From an uncultured Lachnospiraceae bacterium (GTDB taxonomy: Bacteria; Bacillota; Clostridia; Oscillospirales; CAG-272), in the NCBI GenBank assembly GCA_964603455.1, contig CAZRVL010000001.1, positions 17,031 to 81,030 of the forward strand: DNA of 64,000 bases, written 5' to 3'. The notes below the pieces were generated by a model. The model did not search any database and was not told the DNA's origin. It saw only the letters and a list, made by a program, of their open reading frames with translations. Position 1 is the stretch's first letter, and every line of letters begins with the position of its first letter. Of this stretch, positions 63,150-64,000 are shown piece after piece. The position numbers and the translations under genes are program-made.

Positions 63150-64000
63150 TCATCTGTTGTTGTCAAGTATTCCCTTTAGATAACCTATCGCAAACATCCG
63201 ACCGAGCGCATCGTATCCGTCCTGCTTTCCGCTTTCAAACGGAAGTGTCGGAACATGATCGACTCTTATCGGAATATCACTTGCACCGTTCTTGCAGTAC
63301 TTTGTATAGAGACGTATCGCATCTGCCATATCAATATCACCGTTATCGTGATATGTTTCGGAGAAATCTTTCTTTACACCGCGTACATTTCTGAAATGCA
63401 CGAAGAATATTTTATCAGCCAATGTAGGTATCGCCTCACCAAGCTCCTCACCCATCAGTTTGTAGCACGCTTGACAGAAGGTCACACCCAGATTAGGCGA
63501 ATCTGCCACTGACATACCGCGCTTTATAGCTTCAAGGCTCGTAAATATCCTTCCGACTCTGCCAAGCGATGCAAGCGGCGGATCATCCGGATGAAGTGCC
63601 AGCTTTATGCCGTATTTCTCCGCATACGGTATTACCGCCTTTATAAAATAGACATAATTCTCCCAAACCTGCTCACTCGGCAGCACATATCCGTCATCAC
63701 AAAAATCATCGAGCTTGAATCCTGTGACATATGCTCCTCCGCGTTCCGGCAGAGTCTTAGACGTGCGCGTCCAGCCGTAATGTGCCATAAAATTAAAGCA
63801 CACCGTGGTTACCCCCTCGCGTCCAAGGTTCTCCATAAGCTTTATAAAGGCTTCTATCGACTCATCACGCATATTGTCTCCAAGCTTTATATGATCGTGG
63901 AGCGAATTTGGGAGCGGCTCGACAACTAGCGGAGTTATACCATGAGATCTGAATCGATCACATACGGTCTTCAGCATTTCGGATGAAGTGACATCGAAGT
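63150..64000 (-). CDS. uxuA: Mannonate dehydratase, 5'-truncated by the window edge
   Basis: Motifs VCFNFM, LALHPDDPP, FVHFRNV and RVDHV. The frame stays open upstream of the track Met (63977) to position 64000 (..FDVTSSEMLKT). Confidence 0.8.
   Translation of the reverse strand, partial: FDVTSSEMLKTVCDRFRSHGITPLVVEPLPNSLHDHIKLGDNMRDESIEAFIKLMENLGREGVTTVCFNFMAHYGWTRTSKTLPERGGAYVTGFKLDDFCDDGYVLPSEQVWENYVYFIKAVIPYAEKYGIKLALHPDDPPLASLGRVGRIFTSLEAIKRGMSVADSPNLGVTFCQACYKLMGEELGEAIPTLADKIFFVHFRNVRGVKKDFSETYHDNGDIDMADAIRLYTKYCKNGASDIPIRVDHVPTLPFESGKQDGYDALGRMFAIGYLKGILDNNR

Noticed and set aside
1-64000. A search by eye for CRISPR arrays, tRNA or rRNA genes, IS elements and toxin-antitoxin or known defence-system genes.
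   Set aside because: I found no regularly spaced direct repeats, no cloverleaf-like or rRNA-like segments, no transposase-like ORFs and no recognisable defence gene signatures.

Overview
This is a 64-kb chromosomal segment that looks like a low-GC Gram-positive anaerobe. The Clostridia-like assignment rests on AGAAAGGAGG-type Shine-Dalgarno (SD) sites, frequent GTG/TTG starts, LPXTG/sortase pili, CotH and lipobox lipoproteins, and is inference only. I saw no rRNA, tRNA, CRISPR array, transposase or prophage genes.

Layout:
- 1-8.6 kb: one minus-strand sortase-pilus operon. Gene order is promoter, coiled-coil protein, type I signal peptidase, vWFA tip adhesin, major pilin, class C sortase, Cna-B pilin, and the start of a second sortase-like gene.
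- 8.9-25.8 kb: mixed genes. These are a choloylglycine hydrolase, metY, a metallophosphoesterase, two unknown membrane proteins, a Xer-like recombinase with a MATE pump, AraC plus two tandem solute-binding lipoproteins, an aldehyde dehydrogenase, hom, a sigma factor with a long C-terminal extension, and a GDPD.
- 25.9-29.3 kb: a VTC-domain / DUF4956 / CotH operon.
- 29.3-37.4 kb: a LacI-headed locus with two rhamnosidase-like enzymes, an RpiB-like isomerase, an SGNH esterase and a binding lipoprotein.
- 37.6-46.9 kb: an AI-2E transporter, then nadA-nadC-aroB-aroA-nadB-DUF362-ispE.
- 47-64 kb: a lipoprotein trigger-factor paralog, GH127, two AraC regulators, an unknown 838-aa protein, a sugar isomerase, GH5-like and TIM-barrel hydrolases, two more binding lipoproteins, and a truncated uxuA.

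Most notable observations:
- A dense cluster of DnaA-box-like 9-mers inside coding sequence at 44.7-44.95 kb.
- A G10 tract in the -35/-10 spacer of a lipoprotein gene promoter.
- Five paralogous solute-binding-type lipoproteins with no ABC permease or ATPase anywhere in the window.
- A family of three ~95-nt same-orientation intergenic repeats at 48.9-52.2 kb.
- The uncharacterised VTC/DUF4956/CotH triad.

All function calls come from motif recognition by eye; no database search was run.
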